DNA of 61,993 nt, filler included, from Sluysia triapertura (lineage: Eukaryota), in the NCBI GenBank assembly GCA_046118255.1. It is 5 parts of 5 records of this genome, joined end to end, with 100 filler letters (N's around TTAATTAATTAA, not from the genome) between each part and the next. Parts side by side here need not be neighbours in the genome. Positions count along the whole stretch, not along the records: positions 13,422 to 25,768 come from JBJNIA010117751.1; 4 more parts are not named here. One strand, given 5' to 3'. A model generated the notes under the pieces. It was not told the DNA's origin. It saw only the letters and a list, made by a program, of their open reading frames with translations, and did not search any database. Each line of letters begins with the position of its first letter. Position 1 is the first letter of the stretch. Of the stretch, positions 13,422-24,170 are shown piece by piece. Both the position numbers and the translations under genes were made by a program.

Positions 13422-13949
13422 ATTGGGTTTTAGATAATTTAAATGTGGCATTGAATATTTACATCATTATTTTCTCATGATGTATATTACGAAAAAGTAG
13501 AAATAGTTTAAAATAATTGAAAAATTTAATTAATAGAATAATTAATGAAAAGAAATTAATATTTGAATGATATAATAAAAATGTATAATTAAAAATTATG
13601 AAGTATTTATTTTATTCTTATATTTAATAAAGTTTTATCGTTACATTCTAAAGTAACTTAAAGTTTTAAATTTTAATACATATGTGGAAAATCTTCAAAA
13701 TCCAACAAGTTTATTTCTCAAAATTAAATAAAATTCAACATATGCTATGTAACGTTAATACAATTGAATGGGGTTTATGATGCACATAACAAATTATTAT
13801 TTCCGTCATATTTAATGGCACCTTTAAAGGTTTTGTTTTGTAAACTTCAATTTTTAAGAATCTTTACAAAAAATAACCTCAAGTAATAGATCTGTTATAT
13901 TTCATACATTTTGTCATTATCTAGTGCTAATTTTCTTGATTTCTAATAA

Positions 13950-14290
13950 ATCTCTTAGTGTTGTCACTCAAAATACATTTTCATATTTACATCCGCTTTA
14001 CATTCAAGTATATCCAAAAACGAAAATGGAAAATAATTCGTACAAAAAGCAATATATCACATTTTAATAAGTGGTGAATTCAACCCCAAAATACAATCTA
14101 ACACAATTAAAAACTTAACAGATTATAAACCATCAAAATACCTAGCTAAAGTTTTTTAACAAAATAACTCCTCTCACATTATTTCCACCTCTTCAAGCAT
14201 ATCAACTACTATCACTAACAACCTAGACTCAACATTACACGTTACCAACAATAACCACTTTTTCATAATAATCCAAAATGTGCAAATCTA
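13950..14290 (+). repeat. C-rich strand-skewed repeat fragment (same family as 11930-12650)
   Basis: catatttacatccgctttac ... aaaatggaaaat resembles catttttacttccactgcatac ... tgatggaaaat at ~11975-12056. Same base skew. Confidence 0.4.
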
Positions 14291-15811
14291 AAGTTTTATT
14301 AATGCTGTTGTTATCTTACTTTTTTATTGTTTCCATTTTTTAATTGTTTTTGAACCAGGATAATTAAAATATACTATTCAGATTTAGCATATACAATTAG
14401 AATTTTAATAGAATAAAAAGAGCAAATAAAAATAAAAGAAGCAAATAGTAAATCTATTCAGAATGTAACAAACAATACATTATTTCAATTAAATAAGATC
14501 AAAAATAAACGTTGATTATTTAGATGTGTTCAGATTACAAATGATGTGATTAAAAATTCAATAAAAGGTAAGAAATTAAATGAAGTACATGAACCCAATA
14601 CAAATATAATTTGGCAATTATATCAAGTTTGATAAATATTCTAAATAATGAATTATCAAACAAAATATCGGAAGCTTAACCAAATAAGAAGCACCAGATA
14701 AAAAGGAAATATTTGGAATTCGTTGTCATAATTTTTTGCTTATAAAATAAAAATTTCTAACCAATAAGGATTAATATGAAAAAAATCAATATTTTTATTA
14801 ATCCATAAATGTAAGTAAATGCTTCAATAAAGTATAGTTCTTCTTATGAATAACACTACTTCAATGCGAAATGGTGATTATATATCAAATGAAAAGTTGT
14901 TTTGTAAAATGTTGAAAATACTTGGGTTTTAGTAGCACTAATAAATTATAAAATCATATTTACTCTTATAACCGACTCAGATAAAATCTTTACTAAGCTG
15001 AAAAAAATAAAATTTTAAGATAAATCTATGTTTGTCAATCAAAATCCGATAAGTGAAAAATTATTATCTACTTCAAAATCAGATCCTGATATATATTATA
15101 AACATAATGAAATTGAGATTAAAACCTCATGTGAAAGAAATTGTAATTTGCAAAAATATTTTTTGATGTGTTGATCCATTAAGACTTTATTGTGCAATTA
15201 CTTTATTCAAGTGGATATTCATACGAGTTCAATGTAGCTATATTGTAACCATTATTTCTATTACTGAATGTGGTATAAGACTAATATGAGCTGAGGACGT
15301 AATAAGATCTTGACCTAACTATGAAGTTAATGTAAGTAACATCAAACTTTTCATTCAAACCATTCTAGTTAATACATAAATCTTGTTTTTAAATTATAAA
15401 CCTACAATAAGTTTCAATAAATGATTCTAACATCTTTCATCTCACTTACAACCTAAACCGTTACATCTGTCAAAACTAAATTTATGATAACCTTAAAGAT
15501 TTCATTATCATACTGTGAAGCAACAATAACCCATCTTGCATTACACACTGTGTTACTCTTGTTCCTTCACAGTACAACAATCGTTTTATCTCCTTTTATC
15601 TCATGTATATGAGAAGGTAAGAATTGAAAGAACAAGATCGTGTTAATAGCTGCAAGGATTTATGCGTTTTAATTTCCGTAATAATAATAATGACAACAAT
15701 TTCACCATTTTTATTGTTATTGTCAATATTGTCATTATTATTATTATTATTATTATCATCATTACTGATATTAATTAAAGCCATTTTGAATAGATTAATA
15801 AGACAGTTGCT

Positions 15812-15963
15812 ACCGTCATCAGTATTTTTCATATAACTAAAAAATTGTCATTTTTATCACATTACTGATGACGGTCAGTTGCACATATTAAATTTAGTTA
15901 ATTTGTTTACTGTCCAATCAGAGAGTAGTTCTGAATATCATTAAAAATACTCTGATTGGACAG
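15812..15963. promoter_or_regulatory. Two perfect inverted repeats upstream of the 397-aa ORF
   Basis: ACCGTCATCAGTA (15812-15824) / TACTGATGACGGT (15863-15875), and CTGTCCAATCAGAG (15910-15923) / CTCTGATTGGACAG (15950-15963). Confidence 0.6.
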
Positions 15964-16055
15964 ACAAAAAGTGTAGCCAAAGATTTTTATAACGAAAATT
16001 GATTTACAGTTGAAAGAAATATAAAAGAATTTTGATTTGTCTTTGTTGAAGTGTC

Positions 16056-17249
16056 ATGATGGATGAGGACTTTAGCATACGATGCATAACCACCGATGCG
16101 ACATCAATACTGCTATCAACAAATGTCTTAGCTACAGTTTTATATCATTTTGATCAATATATGATAATAATCGATATGGAAGAAAAAGACAGAGAAATAT
16201 CTTGGTTACTGCGAGCTATTCATATTATCAACGTTGCCAGTGATTTTGTGATTACATCAAGAATCAAGAATTTTAAAGTACATGGTTTGGATTTAACAAA
16301 GAAGTTACCTGAAGAGTTAAATAGTCTGATTTCACTTTTAAGCAAAGTTATCAACAACAGCAAAAGAAATGATATGCACTCACCCATCTTCTTACCAATT
16401 CTCAAGATAAATATGACCTTCCATAACCTGTTTATTCTAAAGCATCAATCCCTAAAGTCATCTATATCAAGAAAGTGGGCCCACATCCCAAATCCATTCT
16501 TTTCTGATAACAGCAATTATATATGCAATCATGAAGGACATGGTTCCAGTCCAGTAAATTGTGGTCAACATGTAATTGTTACATCTAGAATTAGTTTGAT
16601 GAATCCACTGATTAGATTTTTGCTACACCAATATGAACCAGTATGTTTAAGAATTGAATCCTTTTTAATATGTGCAAGAAGAACTGGAAGCATGAAATGC
16701 CGGCGAGTACATAGAGAATATAATCTAATACAAAAATCCATTAGTGTTCAAATATATAAAAATAAATTGTATATTTTAATTCTTATTTTTGCAAAGATAA
16801 AATTAACAAAAGGAGTCATAAAATTCAGATTTGGATCATATATTAAAGTTTTTACTATAGTCTGGAGTATTAAACATATGATAAATAATAAATTTATTAT
16901 TAATTTAAAAATACACTATGATCGACGTTATTTTAAGTATCTATGTCATATGCATGACAAAACTAAGAACTTTTACACAAGTAGTATCCATAGATCAATT
17001 GAAAGATATTACAATCGAATATCAAATTTTAAGTTGAATAATAACTTAATAAATTCATTGCATTTGATTTTATTCATAAAATTATTAATTAACACAATTC
17101 CTTGTTACAAAACTATTATGATGCCCTCAAACTCTACTTACCTGTTAAACACCAATTTTAAATCAAAAGACTTAATTTCAGAACATCTTTTAAAATACTA
17201 TTATAATTCAGTTTGTATAATAACAACCCCCACACAAAGTTTTACTTAA
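16056..17249 (+). CDS. Uncharacterised 397-aa single-exon ORF, probable member of the YSPIF / Cys-His motif family
   Basis: By far the longest ORF in the window, ATG to TAA, unlikely by chance at this AT content. Motifs MHSPIF, RIES, CARRTGSMKCRRVH and NRISNF recur in the same order in the decayed ORF at 33.5-34.6 kb. Confidence 0.6.
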   Translation: MMDEDFSIRCITTDATSILLSTNVLATVLYHFDQYMIIIDMEEKDREISWLLRAIHIINVASDFVITSRIKNFKVHGLDLTKKLPEELNSLISLLSKVINNSKRNDMHSPIFLPILKINMTFHNLFILKHQSLKSSISRKWAHIPNPFFSDNSNYICNHEGHGSSPVNCGQHVIVTSRISLMNPLIRFLLHQYEPVCLRIESFLICARRTGSMKCRRVHREYNLIQKSISVQIYKNKLYILILIFAKIKLTKGVIKFRFGSYIKVFTIVWSIKHMINNKFIINLKIHYDRRYFKYLCHMHDKTKNFYTSSIHRSIERYYNRISNFKLNNNLINSLHLILFIKLLINTIPCYKTIMMPSNSTYLLNTNFKSKDLISEHLLKYYYNSVCIITTPTQSFT

Positions 17250-17299
17250 CTAAAGATAGTTGAAATAATATAACCATTATAATTAAAAAACGCCTGATA

Positions 17300-18165
17300 T
17301 ATTACTAGCCCCAGGATTTCCATATTCATTTCTTTCGATGCTGCCATCTATGCGTTGGCCCTTTAGTGAGTAAGCCCAGTGTCATAGAGAACTAACATAA
17401 GAGATATTAACAAATATAAAAACTAAGTAGCAAAAATATCCACATAATATAACAGGTGCCCGGAGTTAAGACCAGCAGCATAAGGATACATTAAAATAAA
17501 AATAATAGAGAAGTGAGAATTTTATAAAATATAACTCAGTTTTGAATAAGTTCTTATACGTTTTAAAGTCTATAAGTGACTATTTTATAAGTTTTGCATA
17601 AACAAGTTTATAAATGAATATTTTACACTAGTTTAAATAAGTTAAGAATAAATTTTACACGAATCGATTATATAAGCTATAAGTTTACAAGTGTTACAAT
17701 AACTCCTTTGAATAAGTTTTAATTTTACACGAATAAGTTTTTATTATTGAATAAGTTTTACAAGTTTTGACTACGAATTTATACGAATTGATTTTATAAG
17801 TGATTACTGAACCAATACGAGTAAATTACATTACCAAATCCTAAACTGATAAGTATTGTAACATTTAAATAAAATTGATAAACAAATTGTACTATTTGAC
17901 GATTATAGAACTGAATTAAGAAACTACATGGCTTTGCCAAATGATTTTAGAGATTGTATTTCACAATTAACAAGAGAAACGCGTCCTTTAATGGCCTTAT
18001 CAGAAATGTGCAAATTTAGTGGAGCAAAGGAAGAACTCTGCGATTTCTTATATCAATATGATAGTATCGCTGAAGCTAACTGGTGGAACGAAGTAGAAAA
18101 AGTTAAAAGAATACAAAATTATCTTACTGGTGTGGCAATCCAGATTTATAAAGAGATAAATGAAC
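17300..18165 (+). mobile_element. gag: Ty3/Gypsy LTR retrotransposon 5' remnant (possible LTR end and PBS, leader, gag N-terminus)
   Basis: ORF from 17928: KFSGAKEELCDFLYQYDSIAEANWWNEVEKVKRIQNYLTGVAIQIY matches the retrotransposon gag capsid pattern F.G......FL..FE......W....K......L.G.A..WY. ...aca|ggtgcc at ~17453 is PBS-like. The leader has repeated gaataagtttt. Truncated by C-rich sequence at ~18165. Confidence 0.7.
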
Positions 18166-18468
18166 ATGTGTGGTGTTACACCCCACTGTATCACATACAT
18201 TTCATCCATTATAACCATCAATCACATAAACCTCATCACAAACAAAAATCATATCAAAATAAAACACATTTACAATATCTGCAGTAACACACTTCTATCT
18301 CCGTCAAATCACAGACGCGTAATAAAATCTTTTTTAGTAATACTTTCTTATACTTAACGCTTGTTGCCATTTCGTCATCACTAAAGCACTACCTTTTTAT
18401 TGTATCTTTTATTGTACTTTTTATTGCATTTATTATTGTAAATTCTAAAACTTTGAATGCGTTTTTGA

Positions 18469-18802
18469 GAAGTCAATGTACAATTTCTATTTTATGTACT
18501 GGATCAAGAAAAAGACAAGGATCAACTGAATGATGATCGAAATCATATTTATTATTCATTTATTACTCATATTTATTATGGTTATCCATCATTTCGGTGG
18601 ACAAAGGTTTTCGCTGAATCAGAAATTCCTTTGTCGGCTGCAACATCAACTAATGATAAAGAGATTTGCAAGCAAATGGCTAATATCGAAAGAGATACCA
18701 AAGAAAACACAGAACGAATGATCGAGGAGATGAATGCAGATTCTGAATTGATGGAAAATTTTATGGATCCTGAAGAGAGAATTAAGAGATTTCGAACGTA
18801 AT
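18469..18802 (+). pseudogene. Isolated exon-like open frame (~110 codons), product unknown
   Basis: Stop-free frame not in the ORF track: VLDQEKDKDQLNDDRNHIYYSF...GYPSFRWTKVFAESEIPL...MIEEMNADSELMENFMDPEERIKRFR, ending at a donor-like gtaatt. Higher GC than its flanks. Confidence 0.4.
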
Positions 18803-19267
18803 TGGTTTTAAAAAAAATAATTAGATTTTTTTCTGTGTTCATTAATATAATAGCAAAAACATTGTTATCTTTCGAGCATTTAAAATGGATCATGTTAAAG
18901 TAGAAATATTTTTATATCAATTTAAAAATTACCAATTATGATTTCATTGATTTTTTTGTGTAAAATACATTTAAATGCTACAATTATAATATCAAATTGT
19001 AAATTAATTATCAACTGGAATTAATTAAAAATAAAATCAATATTTTTCATTAGTTGTAAAAATTCTAAAGTTATTATTGTTCATTTATGCTTACATGTTC
19101 TCATCACATCAAAAAGTGGAAACAAATTTTCTATACAGAAATGTTCTACTTAGCGTAAATCTAATGAACATTATATTAAATACGGATAATCATTATTTAT
19201 ATGCAAAATCGAGAAGAGATTATCATGATAATGACGTATGTTATTTGGATCTATACATGTTTTGTAG

Positions 19268-19687
19268 ATCCAGAGATGCCGAATTAAAAAATATACAATA
19301 ACGCAAAGAGTTATTTATGAAATATAAACCAACTATTCATCTAGCTGCTAAAGTTGGTGGTCTGTACAATAACGAAGAATAATTTTGATCTTTCTAGAGA
19401 TAATACGAAAATTAATGACAATGTTTTATACTGTGTTTGTAAATATAATCTTTCCAAAGTAATATCATGTCTTTCTACATGCTTATTTCCTGATAAAACA
19501 ACATGTGCTATAGACAAAACTACGGTATATAACGATCCTCGACAAGATTCCAATTGCGGATATTCCTATGTAAAAGGAATGATAACCATTTTGAATAAAG
19601 TATGTCATAGTCAATGTTGTCGCATATTTACATCGGTTATTCCAACGAAGGTGCACGTCCCGTATTACAATTTTAATAGTGATGATG
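19268..19687 (+). pseudogene. GFUS: GDP-L-fucose synthase (GFUS/TSTA3/FX) pseudogene exon
   Basis: SRDAEL...YKPT-IHLAAKVGGLYNN [frameshift] ...NDNVL...KVISCLSTCLFPDKTT...GYSYVK...FTSVIPT...NFNSDDG. In-frame TAA at 19299-19301 plus one frameshift. Acceptor tttgtag and donor gtaata are retained. Confidence 0.88.
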
Positions 19688-19949
19688 GTAATATAATTTA
19701 TTTATTGTTATTTACATTTTTCTTGTTTTTTTATTGCTTAAATTTTCGTTAAGTGTTAACAAATTTCGTTAATGTGTTAAATTTTGTTTTAATGTTGGAT
19801 TTGCTAATTTTCACAGGCATTACGCCTATTTTGTTAAATATAATAAAAATATGTTTAAATCGCTTTTTAATTATAGTTTGTCTAATTCCAATCTTTTATA
19901 ATAAAAGTTTAAAAACAAATAAAAATAATGATAAATTGTATAAATTAAA

Positions 19950-20649
19950 ATATTTTTTGCCCTCCACAATATATAAACTAGTTTTATACATTATGTCAAA
20001 TATATTCTTATTATACATTCATAGCGACGAATAAAAGATTTAGTAAATATTAAATTGCCTTCCCTTACTCCTTGTAAAATACCGAAAGGGTTAGTAGCAG
20101 TTAAATTTTTAACTAATATCAAATACATATCTAAATTTTTCGTAATATCACTTATATTTACACAACACTTTTCTTTAAGCACATCATTTATTTGTAATGT
20201 TATGAATCTAATATGTGAAGAATACATTAAAATACTATTTATTAATTGTAGATTATTAATACGAAATAACATATTTCTAACACATGATTCAATAGTCTTT
20301 AAATCAATTTCTAAAGTATTAGATAACACAAGTAACAAAACTTTATACAAAATATTATTCATTAATTGCAAAATTTTATAACGAAATAACATATTACTAA
20401 CACATAATTCAAGTCTTTAAAGCAACTTCTAAAGCATTAGATAACACGAGTAATGACACTTTTGGATTTTGTAGTTCTATTTCATCATATATTTCATTTA
20501 ATATCTAATAACAACTTTAACTTGTTATTAGATATCAAAAAATTTATTGTATCGATACAATTCTTTCCGCTTAAATTATTAATTGATGAGACTTCTTGCG
20601 CTCTATTAAAATCAGAGGCTAATATCTTGATTTCATTCCGAGTTGTCAT
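19950..20649 (-). pseudogene. UFL1: UFL1 (E3 UFM1-protein ligase 1) N-terminal pseudogene with internal tandem duplication
   Basis: ATG at 20649: MTTRNEIKILASDFNRAQEVSSINNLSGKNCIDTINFLI (cf. UFL1 WEEIRRLAADFQRAQ....QRLSERNCIEIVNKLI) ... INDVLKEKCCVNISDITK ... GNLIFTKSFIRRYECIIR (cf. GVIFTEAFVARHKARIR). Has a deletion/frameshift after LLD and a ~120-bp duplication (~20230-20340 vs ~20350-20455). Confidence 0.85.
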
Positions 20650-21014
20650 TTAACAAATTACCAAAGACAACATTTTAAAATTTTAATAAATTATTAATAA
20701 TTATTATTAATTTTTTACATGCAAATAATTATGCTGTTTTATTATATTAAATTCAAATTTTGTAATAAAACATATCCATTTGATATCGTCTGTTCTTCTA
20801 TATTTCAACGTCTCCTACTGTTGAAAACAATTATCATTAATTTATATTTTACAACATAACACAATTATAAGTAAATTAAAACCAAAAAAATAATAATGAT
20901 ATAAACTATTAACATCAACAAGTATAAGTTAAGTAAATTTTATTTTTTATTACTGATAATCAGTTGACTATAGAAAATAGTATATAAAATGCATAAAATT
21001 TTACGATTCGTTAT

Positions 21015-21600
21015 TTAATTATTAGGCACTAAAACGGTGTCGTTATTATTGTTAACATTATTAAAAGACGAAACACGTTGAGTATGTTTTCTTAACTGAT
21101 TCATATGCTGATCGATTATATTTCTAATTGTTTGGTCCGTTCACGTCCTTCATTAAAATAACAAGCTGCCGCTAAAGTTGGATATACATTCATTTTAGAA
21201 TTAGTATCATTTTGTTTGTGCTTACAAGTTGTTTCAGTATTCGATATTTCTCTACTATTTATTTTTGTTTCGATTCGGGTTCAATCAAAGTATATCGATA
21301 ATTTATGATTCTTTATCATGCAGTACCGGATATATGATGGTTTTATAGTTTGAATATTAACACTTTGAGAATTTCTGCAGTAGAACAATAGGGATCACAT
21401 CGAAATTATAAATGAATATTATATAAATAAATGTATTGTTTTTACTATCGATATAACTGCTTCTGCTAATATTTCTACTAATACATCATTACTGTACAAA
21501 CTTTTATTAAAGTAATTCACAGCCGAAATATTATTTGAAATTCTGATTCCTTTGCGTGATAAAATACCATCAATAAACTTTTCATCAGTCTTCAAATTTC
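21015..21600 (-). pseudogene. Coding-like fragments, product unknown
   Basis: Two stop-free stretches: NLKTDEKFIDGILSRKGIRISNNISAVNYF...ILAEAVISI and IETKINSREIS...MNVYPTLAAACYFNEGRERTKTIRNIIDQHMNQLRKH...PNN*. Confidence 0.3.
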
Positions 21601-21959
21601 ATTTACATTTAGTTTAAAATTGAATACGAAAAACGACGAGTAACGCAAAATAGATAAAGTATTTAATATAACTAGGACATTTATTTGTTACGTAGTTTAT
21701 GTAATCTTTAAACAAACAGGCTAAACTAAAAAGTTTACATAATGCCAAATGTCTAAGAATTTTTGAACATACTTATTTCCATATACCACTATTATTCCTG
21801 AAAGAATAGAGTAAATCATGATCATAATAATTAAAATAAAGCTTTGAAATATAAAAGTTTACCTCGAAAATCGAATTCTCAATTTTACTATTGAGTCCTA
21901 AATTATCTATATTTTGACCATTTATAATTTCAGGAAATGTATTGGTAATGAAGAAAACG

Positions 21960-22460
21960 ATTTTTGCTTCAATGTAGTGAGTAAATTTGTAATTCTTTCT
22001 GAATGAATTTAAAATACATTATCGTCATCTGTGGTAAAACCTGTAAAACCATGGAAATATATACAATGTTTTCCATACGTGAGGCACTCGCCATCATTTG
22101 ACCAGATTTATAAGGTAGCTTAATCAGTGTTTTTGTATTACTTGTATTATAATGATAATGATTATTATAATCGAACATGTAGGTAGGTGCACCTTTCACT
22201 AATTTCAAGTTCTTATTTAAAAGGTTTTCACCATTTAAACTAGGTTTCACTTCAAGAATTTTATTGTTCGTAATTAAATTAGGAAAAATAGGTGAGTATA
22301 AACAATCAATACGAAAAGTACTCGGATAAAAATTACAATTTTCAATTTATTTAACATCATAATTATCAATCAATTGACTTGATCATTTGTTTTGTTTTTG
22401 AACATGGAATCGGATAACAGATTTCTTTATTCAAGTTAAAGGATCAATGAATTGTTGCAT
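21960..22460 (-). pseudogene. Decayed member (copy C) of the YSPIF / DGxCxxYGxxCxYxH ORF family
   Basis: LYSPIFPNLI at ~22284-22301; after a frameshift, NDGECLTYGKHCIYFHGFTGFTTDDDNVF*IHSERITNLLTTLK (motif at 22051-22095), which aligns with 34384-34520. Confidence 0.65.
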
Positions 22461-22744
22461 CAATACTTTATTAGGTTAGTTATACATTTTAAAATTTTAA
22501 TATTGAACTTCATTTAATTAACTTTAATATTCTAAAAGGTAAGTTTTAAAATTTAAGCACAAAATCTTTTTTTTAATAATGATTTTTACAAGAATTACTG
22601 TGACATCCAAAACAATTGTGTTGTCAAAAATAATTGGTGAACGATTTTTATTGAACTATCTTAACTATGTTTTAAATTAAAATGATTGCAATTAATTGAC
22701 CAATAAGGATAATAGTTAGACGAAAACTGTCATTAGTTGACAAT

Positions 22745-22785
22745 AATGGTAATAATAATAATGATAATGAAATTGTAATAATGAA

Positions 22786-22823
<38 letters not shown>

Positions 22824-23500
22824 AAAATAAAATTAATAGTAATAAAATAAAATAAAATGGAGTTATAAAAATAAAGACATAAAAATACACAAAATTCTTT
22901 ATTTCTTTGAATATTATTTATCTTTTCTTTAAAATATAAACAATGAAATAAAGTAAAATTACATAAAATCTTTTAAAACTTAATTCTTATGATTCTTGAA
23001 TGTACTTTTGTTTTATAAAAAATCTGTAAATGTGAAGAGTGTTCGTGTCTTTTCACAATTAGTGCTTCTTTGTTACTTACATCTTGTTGAATAAGTACGT
23101 TTCTTGTGTTTCTGATACTATGTATGTTTCAATTACTTTACAAGTCTTTTAGGTATTGCCTAATGCTAAATTAATTAAGCTTGAATTTGTTGAATTTAGA
23201 ATTTGTGTTATAAAATACATGCTGTGTTTAATAAAAGGATATAAAAAGAAATTAATGAAATTGGAGATGTTAAAGAGATTTCATTTACATCAGCATTATA
23301 TTTCGTTTAAAATTCAATTTTAATGATGTTTTTAATGATTTTAAATGGAATGAGTGCGTTAAGGGATATAAGAATTTGATTTTTGGTGTATTGAGATGAA
23401 TTTAAAATTTTAGTGACTTAGTTGGCCACCATAAAATGACACATTAAAATCTAAATATGGTTTAACATTAATCCATTATACGCCAATGTCCATTTCTTGG
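22745..23500 (-). repeat. C-rich 'WWPT' repeat, copy C, with (ATT)n tail
   Basis: Reverse complement reads VILWWPT at ~23420-23440, continues C-rich, ends aaagaaaagata...aaagaaataaagaattttgtg, then (att)n at ~22745-22880. Confidence 0.65.
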
Positions 23501-23739
23501 AACACACTTTCAAATCTTATTCTTTTACTAATGGCAATTATAACAGCCATTAAATTTAAAACAACAATTATGGCAAAAATAGTTCGAGTTGGTTAGCGTG
23601 AGTATCATTATACACTTTAATTTTGTTTTTTTTGAATCGCAGCGGATGAGTTATGTTTATTTTAAACTTATAAGAAAATGTAAAACTATTATTACATCTA
23701 ATACTGTGTACTTTAAATGTATTACTAAATGATTTTAAT

Positions 23740-24170
23740 TTTACTTTATCAAGCATACATAAATCACAAAAAATTTATAAAGCATAGTTACATATATTGT
23801 CATCAAACATGCATTTACACTATCGTTATTTATCTCTAATCTGATAACCACTTCTACAATGAGGTATGCCATGAAATTTCGAGACTGCAATTCGCGTAAA
23901 GTTACTTCTTTTCTAATTGTGTTATCGTCGATGAAATTTGCACATACTGCTCGTGACAGCTCCTTACTAATCTTTCTCATATTTTTCAAACATGTAAAAC
24001 AATTTCTCGAAATCTTTGAGATTTCCCTCTTTCACATAACCCAAAATTGTTTTGGATTTCTGATGGGTACTTTTTCAATTTTTCAGAAAATTAGACTTTT
24101 TATGATTTATAATGGATTTCTAATGAAAATAATTCTTTCTTTCTATCACGGCTAAGATTCATTATACTGG
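23740..24170 (-). mobile_element. Possible LINE ORF2 remnant (EN-RT linker)
   Basis: KIEKVPIRNPKQFW resembles the NPK.FW motif upstream of LINE RT domains. Multiple stops. Confidence 0.25.

Noticed and set aside
17540-17810. Short repeated gaataagtttt/ttttacac units as a CRISPR-like array
   Set aside because: Irregular, degenerate and AT-rich, in a eukaryotic context; fits a Gypsy 5' leader.
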